From a virus (Duplodnaviria; Caudoviricetes): a stretch of DNA of 25,091 nt. The translations under genes and the position numbers were made by a program. The number at the start of each line of letters is the position of its first letter. Within the stretch, counting starts at the first letter, position 1. Shown in pieces: positions 8,486 to 17,470 of the stretch. The stretch spans positions 1-25,091 of the IMG/VR virus record IMGVR_UViG_3300037424_002602; one strand, 5' to 3'. A model generated the notes under the pieces. It was not told where the DNA came from and did not search any database. It worked only from the letters and a program-made list of their open reading frames with translations.

Positions 8486-9455
8486 ATGGAAGTATGCCTT
8501 AATAGACGGCGATAGAATTGTAATGGGTGCCGGATTCGGTGCCCAGACAATGGAGAAAGGTAAGCTGGTCAGTGTTGACCCAATTGAAGTAGCTTTATAT
8601 AAAGCTAAAAGAATTATCCATACTATTAAGTCAACGATTACGGCGGACGAATATAAAATTTATATTGGGGATCCCACAGTTAAACATTTCCGATATAAGG
8701 TTGCTACGACATTAGGCTATAAAGCTAACCGTAAAGATGTTGTTAGGCCCGTGCATGAGCAGTCTATTAGGGATTATTTAACCCACTATCACGAGGCAAT
8801 TGTGGTTACTGGAGTTGAAGTAGATGATGCTTTAGGGATTGCCCAATATTCTGCCCTAACTAATGATCTAGCTGCCGAATTCGACGGAATGTCAGTAGAA
8901 GGCACTCATGAGGATTGGGTTAAAATGTGTGCTAATACAATTATTTGTTCTAACGATAAAGATTTAGATATGATTCCTGGATGGCACTTTGATATTGATT
9001 ATGGTATTGTCCGAGAGATGAATGGTAAAAAATATACCATGAAAGCTTATAAAAAGCTTGATGTATATTTTATTTCTGATCCTGGATTTTTATCGCTAAG
9101 AATAAAGTTAATTGATGGGAAAGTGCCTAAAAAGCCAAAAAAGAAGTTAGTAGGAGCTGGGCAATTATGGTTTTGTGCACAATTATTGATGGGAGACACT
9201 GTGGACAATATCCCCGGAGTCCCCTATAACGCTAAATGTGGATTTGGAGATGTTCGGGCTTATAATGTCCTTAAAGATTGTAAGACATATGAAGACGGAA
9301 TTAAGAAAGTCTGGAACATCTATAAAACAAATTTGCCTGAGTATGAGGGCTTGACAGAAGAACAAACTCGTGCTAGAATAAAAGAAGTAGCACAGCTTTT
9401 ATGGATTAAAAGGGCCGTAAAAGAGAAGATATTCCCTAAAGAGTGGCTCATATGA
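8460..9455 (+). CDS. Phage 5'-3' exonuclease / RNase H (T7 gp6 / FEN-like)
   Basis: ALIDGD, YKANR, VEVDDALG, SNDKDLDMIPG, QLLMGDTVDNIPGV. The start may be ATG 8472. Confidence 0.92.
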   Translation: MTLIMIPSKWKYALIDGDRIVMGAGFGAQTMEKGKLVSVDPIEVALYKAKRIIHTIKSTITADEYKIYIGDPTVKHFRYKVATTLGYKANRKDVVRPVHEQSIRDYLTHYHEAIVVTGVEVDDALGIAQYSALTNDLAAEFDGMSVEGTHEDWVKMCANTIICSNDKDLDMIPGWHFDIDYGIVREMNGKKYTMKAYKKLDVYFISDPGFLSLRIKLIDGKVPKKPKKKLVGAGQLWFCAQLLMGDTVDNIPGVPYNAKCGFGDVRAYNVLKDCKTYEDGIKKVWNIYKTNLPEYEGLTEEQTRARIKEVAQLLWIKRAVKEKIFPKEWLI

Positions 9456-9688
9456 CAACATTATTGTTATTATACATAATATCAACTGGGCAATTACATA
9501 TTTCTCATCACGATACTATGGAGGAATGTTTAAAGGTTAAAGCGTTCGCTGAGCGAACATTACATGTGAAGGCCGGATGCTTCGCTGGAACATCTTTTAG
9601 AATTAAATTAGATGAATTTATACGCCAGAAACTGTCGAAAAGTGACAGTATGTGGAACAAAAATCAACTTACCGGAGATAAATTATGA
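9452..9688 (+). CDS. Hypothetical protein with hydrophobic N-terminus
   Basis: ATGA overlap with the exonuclease stop. TTLLLLYIIS followed by TMEEC...C. Confidence 0.6.
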   Translation: MTTLLLLYIISTGQLHISHHDTMEECLKVKAFAERTLHVKAGCFAGTSFRIKLDEFIRQKLSKSDSMWNKNQLTGDKL

Positions 9689-9870
9689 GTAATACCTTAC
9701 CAGAAGACAGTACACTATTAGTCGTACTAGGTCAAGAATTGATCATTGAGATCGGGAACATAGGTTTGTCGGATGATGATATGATAGACGAATTGTGTGA
9801 AGTAGTAGGGAAGGTGTTGTCCAAAGCTTATACGCTAGGTAAGAATAGTGAGATACGCAATGACAAATGA
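9685..9870 (+). CDS. Small acidic hypothetical protein
   Basis: GGAG SD and overlap with the upstream stop. Confidence 0.65.
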   Translation: MSNTLPEDSTLLVVLGQELIIEIGNIGLSDDDMIDELCEVVGKVLSKAYTLGKNSEIRNDK

Positions 9871-10186
9871 TGAGAAGTTAATTGAGTTAAAGCTTCAACT
9901 GCTAGATAAAGTCACGCAAGCTGGGGGTGAGGGTTTAAAAGGTGTATCTGAAACCTTAACCCTTGTCATACAAGAAGCCTATGAATTGGGGAAGGAACAG
10001 GGGTGGGTAGATGATTGGGATCTTATTGTCGGGGATGGACTTTGTTGGGAGGATGAGGACAGTGATAGTACAGATTTTGCAGAATATCAAAAAGAATGGC
10101 TCGATTGTTTGGCCGCAATAAATAGGGGAGAACGGGATTATCCTGCTGAGGAAGCTCTAGCATCTATTAAAAAAGATGATGACTAA
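9860..10186 (+). CDS. Acidic hypothetical protein
   Basis: Fits the operon packing. ATG 9860 is preferred over GTG 9848. Shares an AYxLGK helix with the upstream ORF. Confidence 0.65.
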   Translation: MTNDEKLIELKLQLLDKVTQAGGEGLKGVSETLTLVIQEAYELGKEQGWVDDWDLIVGDGLCWEDEDSDSTDFAEYQKEWLDCLAAINRGERDYPAEEALASIKKDDD

Positions 10187-10496
10187 AAAGGAGTGGACCC
10201 TACTTAGAAGTACACTTCGCAGAGCATCAGTACGATGGCCCACTCGATATGAGGCCCTAGCTAAAGCGAGGAGGCCATACAAAGGAGCAAACCAGAGGCA
10301 GAAGTGGGAATACAGATGTAATAAGTGTAAGAAATGGTTTATGATGAAGGAAGTGCAGGTAGATCATATAAAGCCTTGTGGCCCATTAACAGACCCGCGA
10401 CATGTTAAATCGTTTGTCTTAACATTGTTTTGTGGGATTAAAAATTTTCAGGTATTGTGTAAACACTGTCATAAACTGAAAACTAATGGGGAATAG
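10176..10496 (+). CDS. HNH endonuclease
   Basis: CNKC...VQVDHIKP...NFQVLCKHCHKLKT: two CxxC pairs plus the DH/N/H motif. Confidence 0.88.
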   Translation: MMTKKEWTLLRSTLRRASVRWPTRYEALAKARRPYKGANQRQKWEYRCNKCKKWFMMKEVQVDHIKPCGPLTDPRHVKSFVLTLFCGIKNFQVLCKHCHKLKTNGE

Positions 10497-11208
10497 TATG
10501 ATAAATTATAAAATTAGGCTGGTCCCAGATGGAACCCCCGTTTATTATATTACTGGATCGTGTCCTGAATATAGAATTTGGGAAGGAACTATTGAAGATT
10601 TTGTAGTACGATATGACGACTCTGATAGAACAAGGCTGACCATTAAGTATAGAATTGGGGAGTCGACACGAGGGCCTTCGTCCAGAGACGGGTGGCACCC
10701 CAATAACCGTATATTTTTAGCTCTGGAGTCTGCACAACAGGCTTTGGCAGATATGCGGGAAAACTACTACAAAGCTCAAATTAAGTTTAATGAAATATTT
10801 TACAGAGTGGAAGATAGTGAAGGGCAAGGTCCTTACACGTATATCGATAACCAAGAGCCTAAGATATTTGAATATACGTTAGAATATTATACAACTGACG
10901 AGTATTTAAAGCGAGTGCCAACTCCAAAGGATGACGGATTCCCTATTACTTGTGCTCCATTTTTAGATGTGCAAGATTCGAAATTAAATGAGGTGGATTG
11001 GAGAACCGCATTTGTTAATAAGCGCGAGTTTGGATTTAGCACAAAAGAGCAAGTACAGCGGTGGTTTACTCCAGGTGAGTTTGCATTTCTTGAAGACAAT
11101 GGGTTTCATCTTTATTTAGTGTACGGACAGGCTTTACATAGAAGTGAAAATCAGGTACAATATATTAGAGATAAGACAAAGAGAAGGGTGAAGGTGACAT
11201 ATGATTAG
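10486..11208 (+). CDS. Hypothetical, probably two-domain phage protein
   Basis: Long ORF overlapping both neighbours. The C-terminal half has FYRVE...GPY...PTPKDDG...FGFS..EQVQRWF...GF...SENQV. Confidence 0.75.
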   Translation: MGNSMINYKIRLVPDGTPVYYITGSCPEYRIWEGTIEDFVVRYDDSDRTRLTIKYRIGESTRGPSSRDGWHPNNRIFLALESAQQALADMRENYYKAQIKFNEIFYRVEDSEGQGPYTYIDNQEPKIFEYTLEYYTTDEYLKRVPTPKDDGFPITCAPFLDVQDSKLNEVDWRTAFVNKREFGFSTKEQVQRWFTPGEFAFLEDNGFHLYLVYGQALHRSENQVQYIRDKTKRRVKVTYD

Positions 11209-11734
11209 TGAATTTGCACTCATGGCGTTGCCATTTTTAGGGATAGCGATTGTGTCAATGGTAGTATTAATATGGCTAATTCTATTAGCATTTCCATTAA
11301 AGAATGTTTCCTCAAAAGGATTCATCTCAAATGCTTACAAGTTTAGAAAACAATTAAAGGAATATCGGAGTTGGGACAGGGGATATATAAATGACTTTGC
11401 TGCTGCTATGTATAGAGATATGGCCCATTATTTGGAAACAGAGGGCTGTCATATAGGACGTGAGAAAACTGCTAGGAGGGCAAGAGTTATTGCTCATCTT
11501 TTGACGGACGATAATTCTGCCTCTGATGAAGTTTATAATAATTTACTTTCAGAATGGTGGGATAGTCGAGAAGAATTACCGTGTAAGGAGGGTACACGTA
11601 TGATATGGGGCCCCAACCCAGCGTTACAAAAGCGTATTTTTTTACGGGAGAAAATAGTACAAGGGTGTTCTAAACATAGAAAAGAGCTATTATTGACTTA
11701 CCTTAGTAAATATCATTCAACAATTTGGGATTGA
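11201..11734 (+). CDS. Hypothetical membrane-anchored protein
   Basis: About 30 hydrophobic N-terminal residues followed by a basic soluble domain. AAGGTG SD. Confidence 0.75.
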   Translation: MISEFALMALPFLGIAIVSMVVLIWLILLAFPLKNVSSKGFISNAYKFRKQLKEYRSWDRGYINDFAAAMYRDMAHYLETEGCHIGREKTARRARVIAHLLTDDNSASDEVYNNLLSEWWDSREELPCKEGTRMIWGPNPALQKRIFLREKIVQGCSKHRKELLLTYLSKYHSTIWD

Positions 11735-11736
11735 TT

Positions 11737-11973
11737 ATGAGAAATTCGAACTGCGGGGATAGGAGTGCTGAAAGTGTATTAAAGCCTCATTATAAGTATA
11801 ATCATAAACTTAAAGAATGGCAATTATATTATGACCCCTATTTAGCTGAGCAACGGTATAGGCGAGCTGCTAATGCTCTTGGTAATACGCCTATGCCCCA
11901 TGTGGAGCAAGCTACCTCTAGCCTACCATCCTATGGTGAGTTTTTGCCTATTAATTATTGGATGTATATATGA
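11737..11973 (+). CDS. Hypothetical protein
   Basis: ATG 2 bp after the upstream stop. Shares a motif with ORF 12389-12607. Confidence 0.6.
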   Translation: MRNSNCGDRSAESVLKPHYKYNHKLKEWQLYYDPYLAEQRYRRAANALGNTPMPHVEQATSSLPSYGEFLPINYWMYI

Positions 11974-12179
11974 GAACATTAACCTTTAATTTAGCCAACA
12001 TTGCATGTGTTGATGTGGGAGATCGGTATGAGTTTTCCAATTGTTGTGTGTGCCTTATTGGGGGGACAAACATAGGAGTTCCACGTGAAACAGCAAATGA
12101 GATAAGAGACGCGCTTTTCTTTTTTTCAGGTATGGCGACAATACAGACCTTTACAATTGATAATGAGGACTATGAGTAA
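11970..12179 (+). CDS. Hypothetical protein
   Basis: ATGA overlap upstream and TAATG overlap downstream. Confidence 0.6.
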   Translation: MRTLTFNLANIACVDVGDRYEFSNCCVCLIGGTNIGVPRETANEIRDALFFFSGMATIQTFTIDNEDYE

Positions 12180-12385
12180 TGGCAAGAAGTGAGCGAGGGG
12201 GAGGAGCTAAGTCCTCCAAAAAGAATAGAAAGTTTGGCAGGAATTCTGTTTATTGTACAATGTATAAAAATACAGGAAGACAAGAAAAGAATAAACAAAT
12301 TAAGCTAGAACGTCATTTAAAAAAATACCCCAATGACTTAAAAGCAAATGGGGTATTACAGCGTATTAAAGCGGGGGTGGAATAG
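12179..12385 (+). CDS. Small, highly basic hypothetical protein
   Basis: Lys/Arg-rich 68 aa, GAGGA SD, TAATG coupling. Confidence 0.65.
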   Translation: MARSERGGGAKSSKKNRKFGRNSVYCTMYKNTGRQEKNKQIKLERHLKKYPNDLKANGVLQRIKAGVE

Positions 12386-12388
12386 ATT

Positions 12389-12607
12389 ATGGGCGGTTTA
12401 TTGGGAAATTCAGATAAGCACGTAGATGTAGTAAGTAAGGAACACTATAAGTGGAATTATGAGCGGAGCGCGTGGCAGCGTAGTAGTGCTATGAGTTTAG
12501 ATGAAGTTTCCAGCATAGCCTGGGAAAGATTCAGAGAACTCATTACAGAGCGATATAAAGAACGAGTGCTAGAGTATTTAAAAAGTGGAGAAGTTAAAGA
12601 TGAGTGA
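12389..12607 (+). CDS. Hypothetical protein
   Basis: SD-like GGTGGA upstream. Shares a motif with ORF 11737-11973. Confidence 0.6.
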   Translation: MGGLLGNSDKHVDVVSKEHYKWNYERSAWQRSSAMSLDEVSSIAWERFRELITERYKERVLEYLKSGEVKDE

Positions 12608-13037
12608 AACAATGTATTGGGTTGTACAGAAACAGAATCATGAAAATGGTAGATGGGAAAATTGCCCTGGGCTAAAATGTGCTTTTTATACATCTATATC
12701 GAGAGCATTTCATTCTGAATTCTCAGTGCCTCACCTATCTGATGACCAAGTAAGGGATACGTTATACACGCTAAATGGTGAGGATATGGGGGACTGGGGA
12801 ATTAGTTTCCTCTCCTTAAGGGAGTTTAGTGATCAGTTGCTTCAACAAGAGCGGGAGGGTCCTTCAAAATATCGGATAGACACCGAGTATGAAGGTACCA
12901 CTTTTATGCTACAAGTTGTCGAGAATGAGGAAGATGAGTTTCTGGATGCTATGAACTCAGCATTAGGGGCAATTAATTTGTTTTTAGATTATCCATTAAA
13001 CAATAATGAGTATCGTATTGTGGTTGGGTTTTCATAA
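12600..13037 (+). CDS. Acidic hypothetical protein
   Basis: GGAG SD before ATG 12600. C-terminal EYRIVVGFS resembles the R-hydrophobic-F ending of many small phage proteins. Confidence 0.7.
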   Translation: MSETMYWVVQKQNHENGRWENCPGLKCAFYTSISRAFHSEFSVPHLSDDQVRDTLYTLNGEDMGDWGISFLSLREFSDQLLQQEREGPSKYRIDTEYEGTTFMLQVVENEEDEFLDAMNSALGAINLFLDYPLNNNEYRIVVGFS

Positions 13038-13049
13038 ACCGGAGGATGT

Positions 13050-13598
13050 ATGTCTATTAAATCAGATAATTGGCTTTTAGACCATAAAGAAATAATCACC
13101 CCATTTTGTGAATCACAAGTGAGAGAGGGTATCTCTTACGGCTTATCAAGCTATGGATATGATGTTAGATGTGCTCCCGAATTTAAAGTGTTTACAAACA
13201 TCAACTCAACGGTAATTGATCCAAAGAACTTTGATGAAAAGAATTTTGTTGAGGTGAATGAGGATGTCTGTATCATACCTCCTAATTCTTTTGCATTAAC
13301 GCGGACAGTGGAATATTTTAAAATCCCCAGAGATATATTAGTTATCTGCTTGGGGAAATCCACTTATGCTAGGTGTGGCATTATTGTTAATGTAACACCA
13401 TTAGAGCCAGAATGGGATGGATATGTAACAATGGAACTATCTAATACTACCCCACTGCCCGCTAAGATATATGCTAATGAAGGTATTGCTCAAATGCTGT
13501 TCTTTCAAGCAGACAGCTTTGATATCTGTGCCACATCCTATAAAGACAAGAAAGGGAAATATCAAGGTCAGACAGGTGTAACACTACCTAAGTTATAG
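13050..13598 (+). CDS. dcd: dCTP deaminase
   Basis: [75 protein letters not shown]. Confidence 0.97.
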   Translation: MSIKSDNWLLDHKEIITPFCESQVREGISYGLSSYGYDVRCAPEFKVFTNINSTVIDPKNFDEKNFVEVNEDVCIIPPNSFALTRTVEYFKIPRDILVICLGKSTYARCGIIVNVTPLEPEWDGYVTMELSNTTPLPAKIYANEGIAQMLFFQADSFDICATSYKDKKGKYQGQTGVTLPKL

Positions 13599-13919
13599 CC
13601 TTGAGGCTAAGTCATCTAGTAGCCGTTGTTTCGCTTGTTCTGCGGTTAAATTAGTCGTTGCAACAGTGAGATCCACCACTCCCTTAACAAGGGTGGCAAG
13701 AACAGGATCATCATCGAGCCTAGCTTTTGCAAAATCTATTGCTTTCTGTCTCCTAACTGTTGTTAAGTCGACAACTAGGCAATCTGCTGCGCTTGGGGGA
13801 GAGGGGTTAGCATTGTCTGGATGCCATTCAAGTGTGTCGTAATCATTCCCCCTGACAGTTACCACAGCATCAGGGTCGAGGGTGATAATTCGTTCTATTA
13901 AATTTGGTATAATATTCAT
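13593..13919 (-). CDS. Small tail-fibre-associated protein (XkdW-like N-terminus)
   Basis: L.PDA...[11 protein letters not shown].....PPS pattern, typical of small proteins that follow phage tail fibres. TAATG-coupled to the fibre gene. Confidence 0.6.
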   Translation of the reverse strand: MNIIPNLIERIITLDPDAVVTVRGNDYDTLEWHPDNANPSPPSAADCLVVDLTTVRRQKAIDFAKARLDDDPVLATLVKGVVDLTVATTNLTAEQAKQRLLDDLASRL

Positions 13920-15451
13920 TAAGGGGATACCTCCATTACCGAAAATATAGCAGCATCAGCCGTGCTATAAAGGCTGTTGCCCCCACTATCTAACAAAGCA
14001 TAAGCGGTATTAGAATTCCCAAATCGTACTTCAAACGTAATCTCACTGGTCCCCCCGGCTACTGAAATATGCCTTAAATACGCTGTTGGCATAGGGACTG
14101 AAGTAGTTGCCCCACTTGGCCCCGTACCTATAACCTGAACAGCATTAGCTGTGCCTTGTCTAAATAATGCAAATACAGTTTTCGAAGAAGCACTAGAGGC
14201 ACTAGTGGGTATGTAAAAATCCACCACTAATAAGTTTGATGCAGACTTAGGTGTTATTGCAAGGGTAGCAAAAGATGTGCCTTCTGTGATTTGGGGAATC
14301 GTATTATCAGCCGGGATTGAAGCTGTTGTGGAGGCCCCGGCTGTTTCTGTTGCGTATACCATTTGGACAACATGTTGTGATATGTCTGTATCCGGCATAG
14401 TGTATGTTCTATCCGCAGTATTTGCATGCGTAAATATACCTTTGAATGCTCCTGTAGCTAGGAATCGCCACACCTTGGTTAATGCAGCTCCCGCCACCCT
14501 AGTCAAGACATCTAAATATGTATCCTCACTGCCTGCCGTGACATCTGTTGCACAAAATTCTAATGCCCCAAATTCACTAGGATTTTCATCCTCACTTTCG
14601 GCTCTAATTAGTATACCGGTCCCAATGCCAGCAGCCGGTGTATCACTTGTTGTACTTGTAATGGTTAGGGGGTAGTCCACTGTGGTGGTACGGGTATCTT
14701 CGTTGGTGACAGTTAAGTCACCATCAGTGAGTGTTAAGTCACCACTAGTTAAGGTGAGGTCACCTGCGGTGACAGTGAGGTCACCTGCGGTGATGGTAAT
14801 ACCTTTACTAAACGTAAAGACACTAGCTCCATCCTGAATTGATTCGCCAAAGAATAATCCTAATACTTGCCAATTTGTTCCGTCAGAAATGAATATAATC
14901 GTATCATTTTGATTTCTTAAGACATAAGTTGTATGTCCTGTATCAATAGTTTCAGAACTATTGGGGTCTATGGTAACTGTGTTTGCACTGCTGTCCACTT
15001 TCTTGACAGCTTGCATATACCCAGCACCCGCGGTAGCGGACGCAAGCAAGGTAATTGTTCGGCTTGCTCCACTAGCATCGACAGTGATTAGTTTATGATT
15101 ATCCGTCTCTAACGTAGTATAATCAACGGATTTTGAAACAGTTTGCCAAAGTTGCTCAATCTCGACTATATTATCAATAGTCCATATAGCAGCGGTAGGG
15201 GGGTCAGAATCCGTACTAGGAGACAAGACAAACTTCATTGACTGATCAATATAAACATCTTGTGCAAGCCTGCCAGCACTATTTAACACCATAGGATTAT
15301 CGTTAGATGTTCCCTTACCACTGTCTGTATAGGTATCTACCTTAGTTGTGGTTCCTGCTTGATATTGGAATAAGAAGCCACCTGAATTAACAGTGCCATC
15401 ACTTTTGAAAAACTGTGTGTCCTTTCCGTAGAATCGAATTGCTTTTGCCAT
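13919..15451 (-). CDS. Tail fibre / tailspike-position protein
   Basis: N-terminal virion-attachment-like domain (QFF..DG....GG.L..YQAGTTT...TYTD...NPMVLNSAGR), KKVDSSANTVTID module, T/G/A-rich beta repeats and a C-terminal tip domain. Occupies the P22 gene 9 position. Confidence 0.85.
   Translation of the reverse strand: MAKAIRFYGKDTQFFKSDGTVNSGGFLFQYQAGTTTKVDTYTDSGKGTSNDNPMVLNSAGRLAQDVYIDQSMKFVLSPSTDSDPPTAAIWTIDNIVEIEQLWQTVSKSVDYTTLETDNHKLITVDASGASRTITLLASATAGAGYMQAVKKVDSSANTVTIDPNSSETIDTGHTTYVLRNQNDTIIFISDGTNWQVLGLFFGESIQDGASVFTFSKGITITAGDLTVTAGDLTLTSGDLTLTDGDLTVTNEDTRTTTVDYPLTITSTTSDTPAAGIGTGILIRAESEDENPSEFGALEFCATDVTAGSEDTYLDVLTRVAGAALTKVWRFLATGAFKGIFTHANTADRTYTMPDTDISQHVVQMVYATETAGASTTASIPADNTIPQITEGTSFATLAITPKSASNLLVVDFYIPTSASSASSKTVFALFRQGTANAVQVIGTGPSGATTSVPMPTAYLRHISVAGGTSEITFEVRFGNSNTAYALLDSGGNSLYSTADAAIFSVMEVSP
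14706..14789. repeat. Four imperfect 21-bp tandem repeats encoding (A/S/D)GDLT(V/L)T in the tail fibre
   Basis: Units: GTGACAGTTAAGTCACCATCA, GTGAGTGTTAAGTCACCACTA, GTTAAGGTGAGGTCACCTGCG, GTGACAGTGAGGTCACCTGCG. Confidence 0.9.
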
Positions 15452-17469
15452 TATTCCTCACCTTCTTTTTTAATTGTGATTGACCCATCCTCTTGAGGCA
15501 TAGCTGCCACTCCCAGACGTTGTAACATAGGGGTAACCCTCTTTGTTAATGCTTCGAGTAATTTAGGGTTATTCCTAGCACGGGTTAAACTAATTAATGC
15601 TTTCTTAACAGGACTGTTATTTGCTAAATAGTTTATTGCGGCCACGGATCCTACGATAGCCCCAGTAATTCCTGGGGCTGACATAGCCCCATAAGCGGCC
15701 CCACCTAGCATTGCAGCCTGTCCGGTACGCATAATACTGCCTCCCATTCTCTCACTTTGTGAACGTGTTAAGGATTCTTGTACAGGCTTCATAGCCTCCC
15801 TCAATCCGGATAACATTTGATATGTTGAGCCCATTATCTCTTTTGTATTCTTTTCTTGTGATGTTAATTTCAAGAATTTGTCCAAATCTAATTCCCCTTT
15901 TACATTTAGACTATCTTTCAGGTGCTTGTTAATAATGCCAGCCCGCATTGTGTTTAATTCTTTTCCCGTAAAGGGAGCAGCCATTCTCCCCACCTTTGTG
16001 GGAGAGGGTTCGGTAACAAGTTTACGAACAAAGGCATAAGCGTTCGCATTATCCACAACCGCGTTCTGAAATTGCTTCCCAGCTTGGTTAAACATCTCAT
16101 GTTTTGAGGCGGTAAACGCATTTGCGGCATGGTAGCTGTCCACTAAAGCTGGATTTACTTTAGCAATGGAGTCATCTAAGTTGTTGTACACTCCCCTAAG
16201 AAACCCATGAACCGCTTGGTAGGCAGGTCTACTCAGTTCCTTCTTTCCTCCATATAAATATTCGCTAATTACCGATTTAGCTGATTTTAAATCTTCAAAT
16301 GTAGGATTGTGCTTTGTACTCTTTATAAATAATTTGTTAATAGCATTGCCAAGTCCTGGATTCATTTGTGAAATCTCTGCCCCATGAGAATCAATCAATT
16401 CTACTGCCTTAACTTTCAGATCCTGAACTTTAGTTCCCCCTAGCACTATCTTCGATTGCACATCATTAATAGGTTTCCAAATATTCTTTTCGGCAGCCGT
16501 AATACGTGCCGTAGCGGATTTTATTGATTGCTGTGCAGCAACTTCTAGATTTTTTGTACCACTCTGGGTTTTATGAACTGTATTTGCGGACAATGACTTA
16601 ACAAACTTACCCACTGCTGGGATGAATGTCGTACGTTGCTGTAGCCGAGTGGCCTCCCCCCCAATTAGAGGAATGGAATCAAACACCATGTCCACTGCTT
16701 TTCCACTCTTCTTAACATCACGGTTTAATACTTTAGCCCCGAAAGCTCTATTCTGGGCGGAAGCCATATTGGCTGTTCGTTGGCCGTATGTAGATAAGGC
16801 AGCTCCACCCATACCAAGTAACGGTGCAATTGGATTGGTTGCATATTCTTTAGCACGGTCCATGTTCAATAGACCCTCTTGTCCTGGTTCATATTGCATG
16901 GCTCCATAGGCTCCAGCTCCCGCTGATCCTGTTAAACCCGCTGTAGCGTACTTACCAAGCGTTTGTAGGCCTCTTGGCAGCATACTACCCACTGCCCCAG
17001 GGGCCTTAGCTAATTGCCCAAATAGGCCCCCTAACGGAGCTGAGCCGAGGAGTTCTCCGCCAATCCTAGGAGCCAGTAAAGAAGGACTCTCTGCAACATT
17101 TTTTTGGTAGATATCTTGCTGTTCTTGTAGATAGGGATCGGCTTTATTTTTCAAGGCTTTATAGGGAGCCTTAGTCATAGGACTAACTATACCAGCTCCC
17201 TTTCCTCCAATATTAGCTAATGTGGCTCCGAAGGATAATACCCCACTGTATGCTGCTTGAGCAGCCTTCTTAAAATAATCTGACTGTTCGGCAGAACCTC
17301 GTTGAACAGCCTGTAAATTAGAGGACATTTGTTGGGGGTCTACCTCCGAAGTCGCTCCCGAAGATCCTCCGAAGAAGCTTCCTGGCTCCGGTAGGCTGCT
17401 AGGTGCAGGAGATCCCTGCTCCGTGGCAGGAGCATCATCAAAGAATTTATCTGGGGAAGGTAGTGCCAT
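15451..17469 (-). CDS. Large internal virion / DNA ejection protein (P22 gp16 position)
   Basis: Ala/Gly-rich helical protein with hydrophobic GA segments, immediately upstream of the tail fibre. ATG 17469 has a GGAG SD; the track starts at 17481. Confidence 0.65.
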   Translation of the reverse strand: MALPSPDKFFDDAPATEQGSPAPSSLPEPGSFFGGSSGATSEVDPQQMSSNLQAVQRGSAEQSDYFKKAAQAAYSGVLSFGATLANIGGKGAGIVSPMTKAPYKALKNKADPYLQEQQDIYQKNVAESPSLLAPRIGGELLGSAPLGGLFGQLAKAPGAVGSMLPRGLQTLGKYATAGLTGSAGAGAYGAMQYEPGQEGLLNMDRAKEYATNPIAPLLGMGGAALSTYGQRTANMASAQNRAFGAKVLNRDVKKSGKAVDMVFDSIPLIGGEATRLQQRTTFIPAVGKFVKSLSANTVHKTQSGTKNLEVAAQQSIKSATARITAAEKNIWKPINDVQSKIVLGGTKVQDLKVKAVELIDSHGAEISQMNPGLGNAINKLFIKSTKHNPTFEDLKSAKSVISEYLYGGKKELSRPAYQAVHGFLRGVYNNLDDSIAKVNPALVDSYHAANAFTASKHEMFNQAGKQFQNAVVDNANAYAFVRKLVTEPSPTKVGRMAAPFTGKELNTMRAGIINKHLKDSLNVKGELDLDKFLKLTSQEKNTKEIMGSTYQMLSGLREAMKPVQESLTRSQSERMGGSIMRTGQAAMLGGAAYGAMSAPGITGAIVGSVAAINYLANNSPVKKALISLTRARNNPKLLEALTKRVTPMLQRLGVAAMPQEDGSITIKKEGEE

Positions 17470-17470
17470 A

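Noticed and set aside
10176-10496. HNH gene as an intron- or intein-associated homing element
   Set aside because: It is free-standing, overlaps both neighbours and interrupts no gene.
1462-13363. Short minus-strand ORFs in the left arm (e.g. 4666-4968, 7048-7431, 2014-2271)
   Set aside because: They are antisense shadows of well-supported plus-strand genes and show no recognisable motifs.
14706-14789. Tandem repeat considered as a CRISPR array or DGR repeat
   Set aside because: There are no spacers, the period is 7 codons within a CDS, and no cas or reverse transcriptase gene is present.
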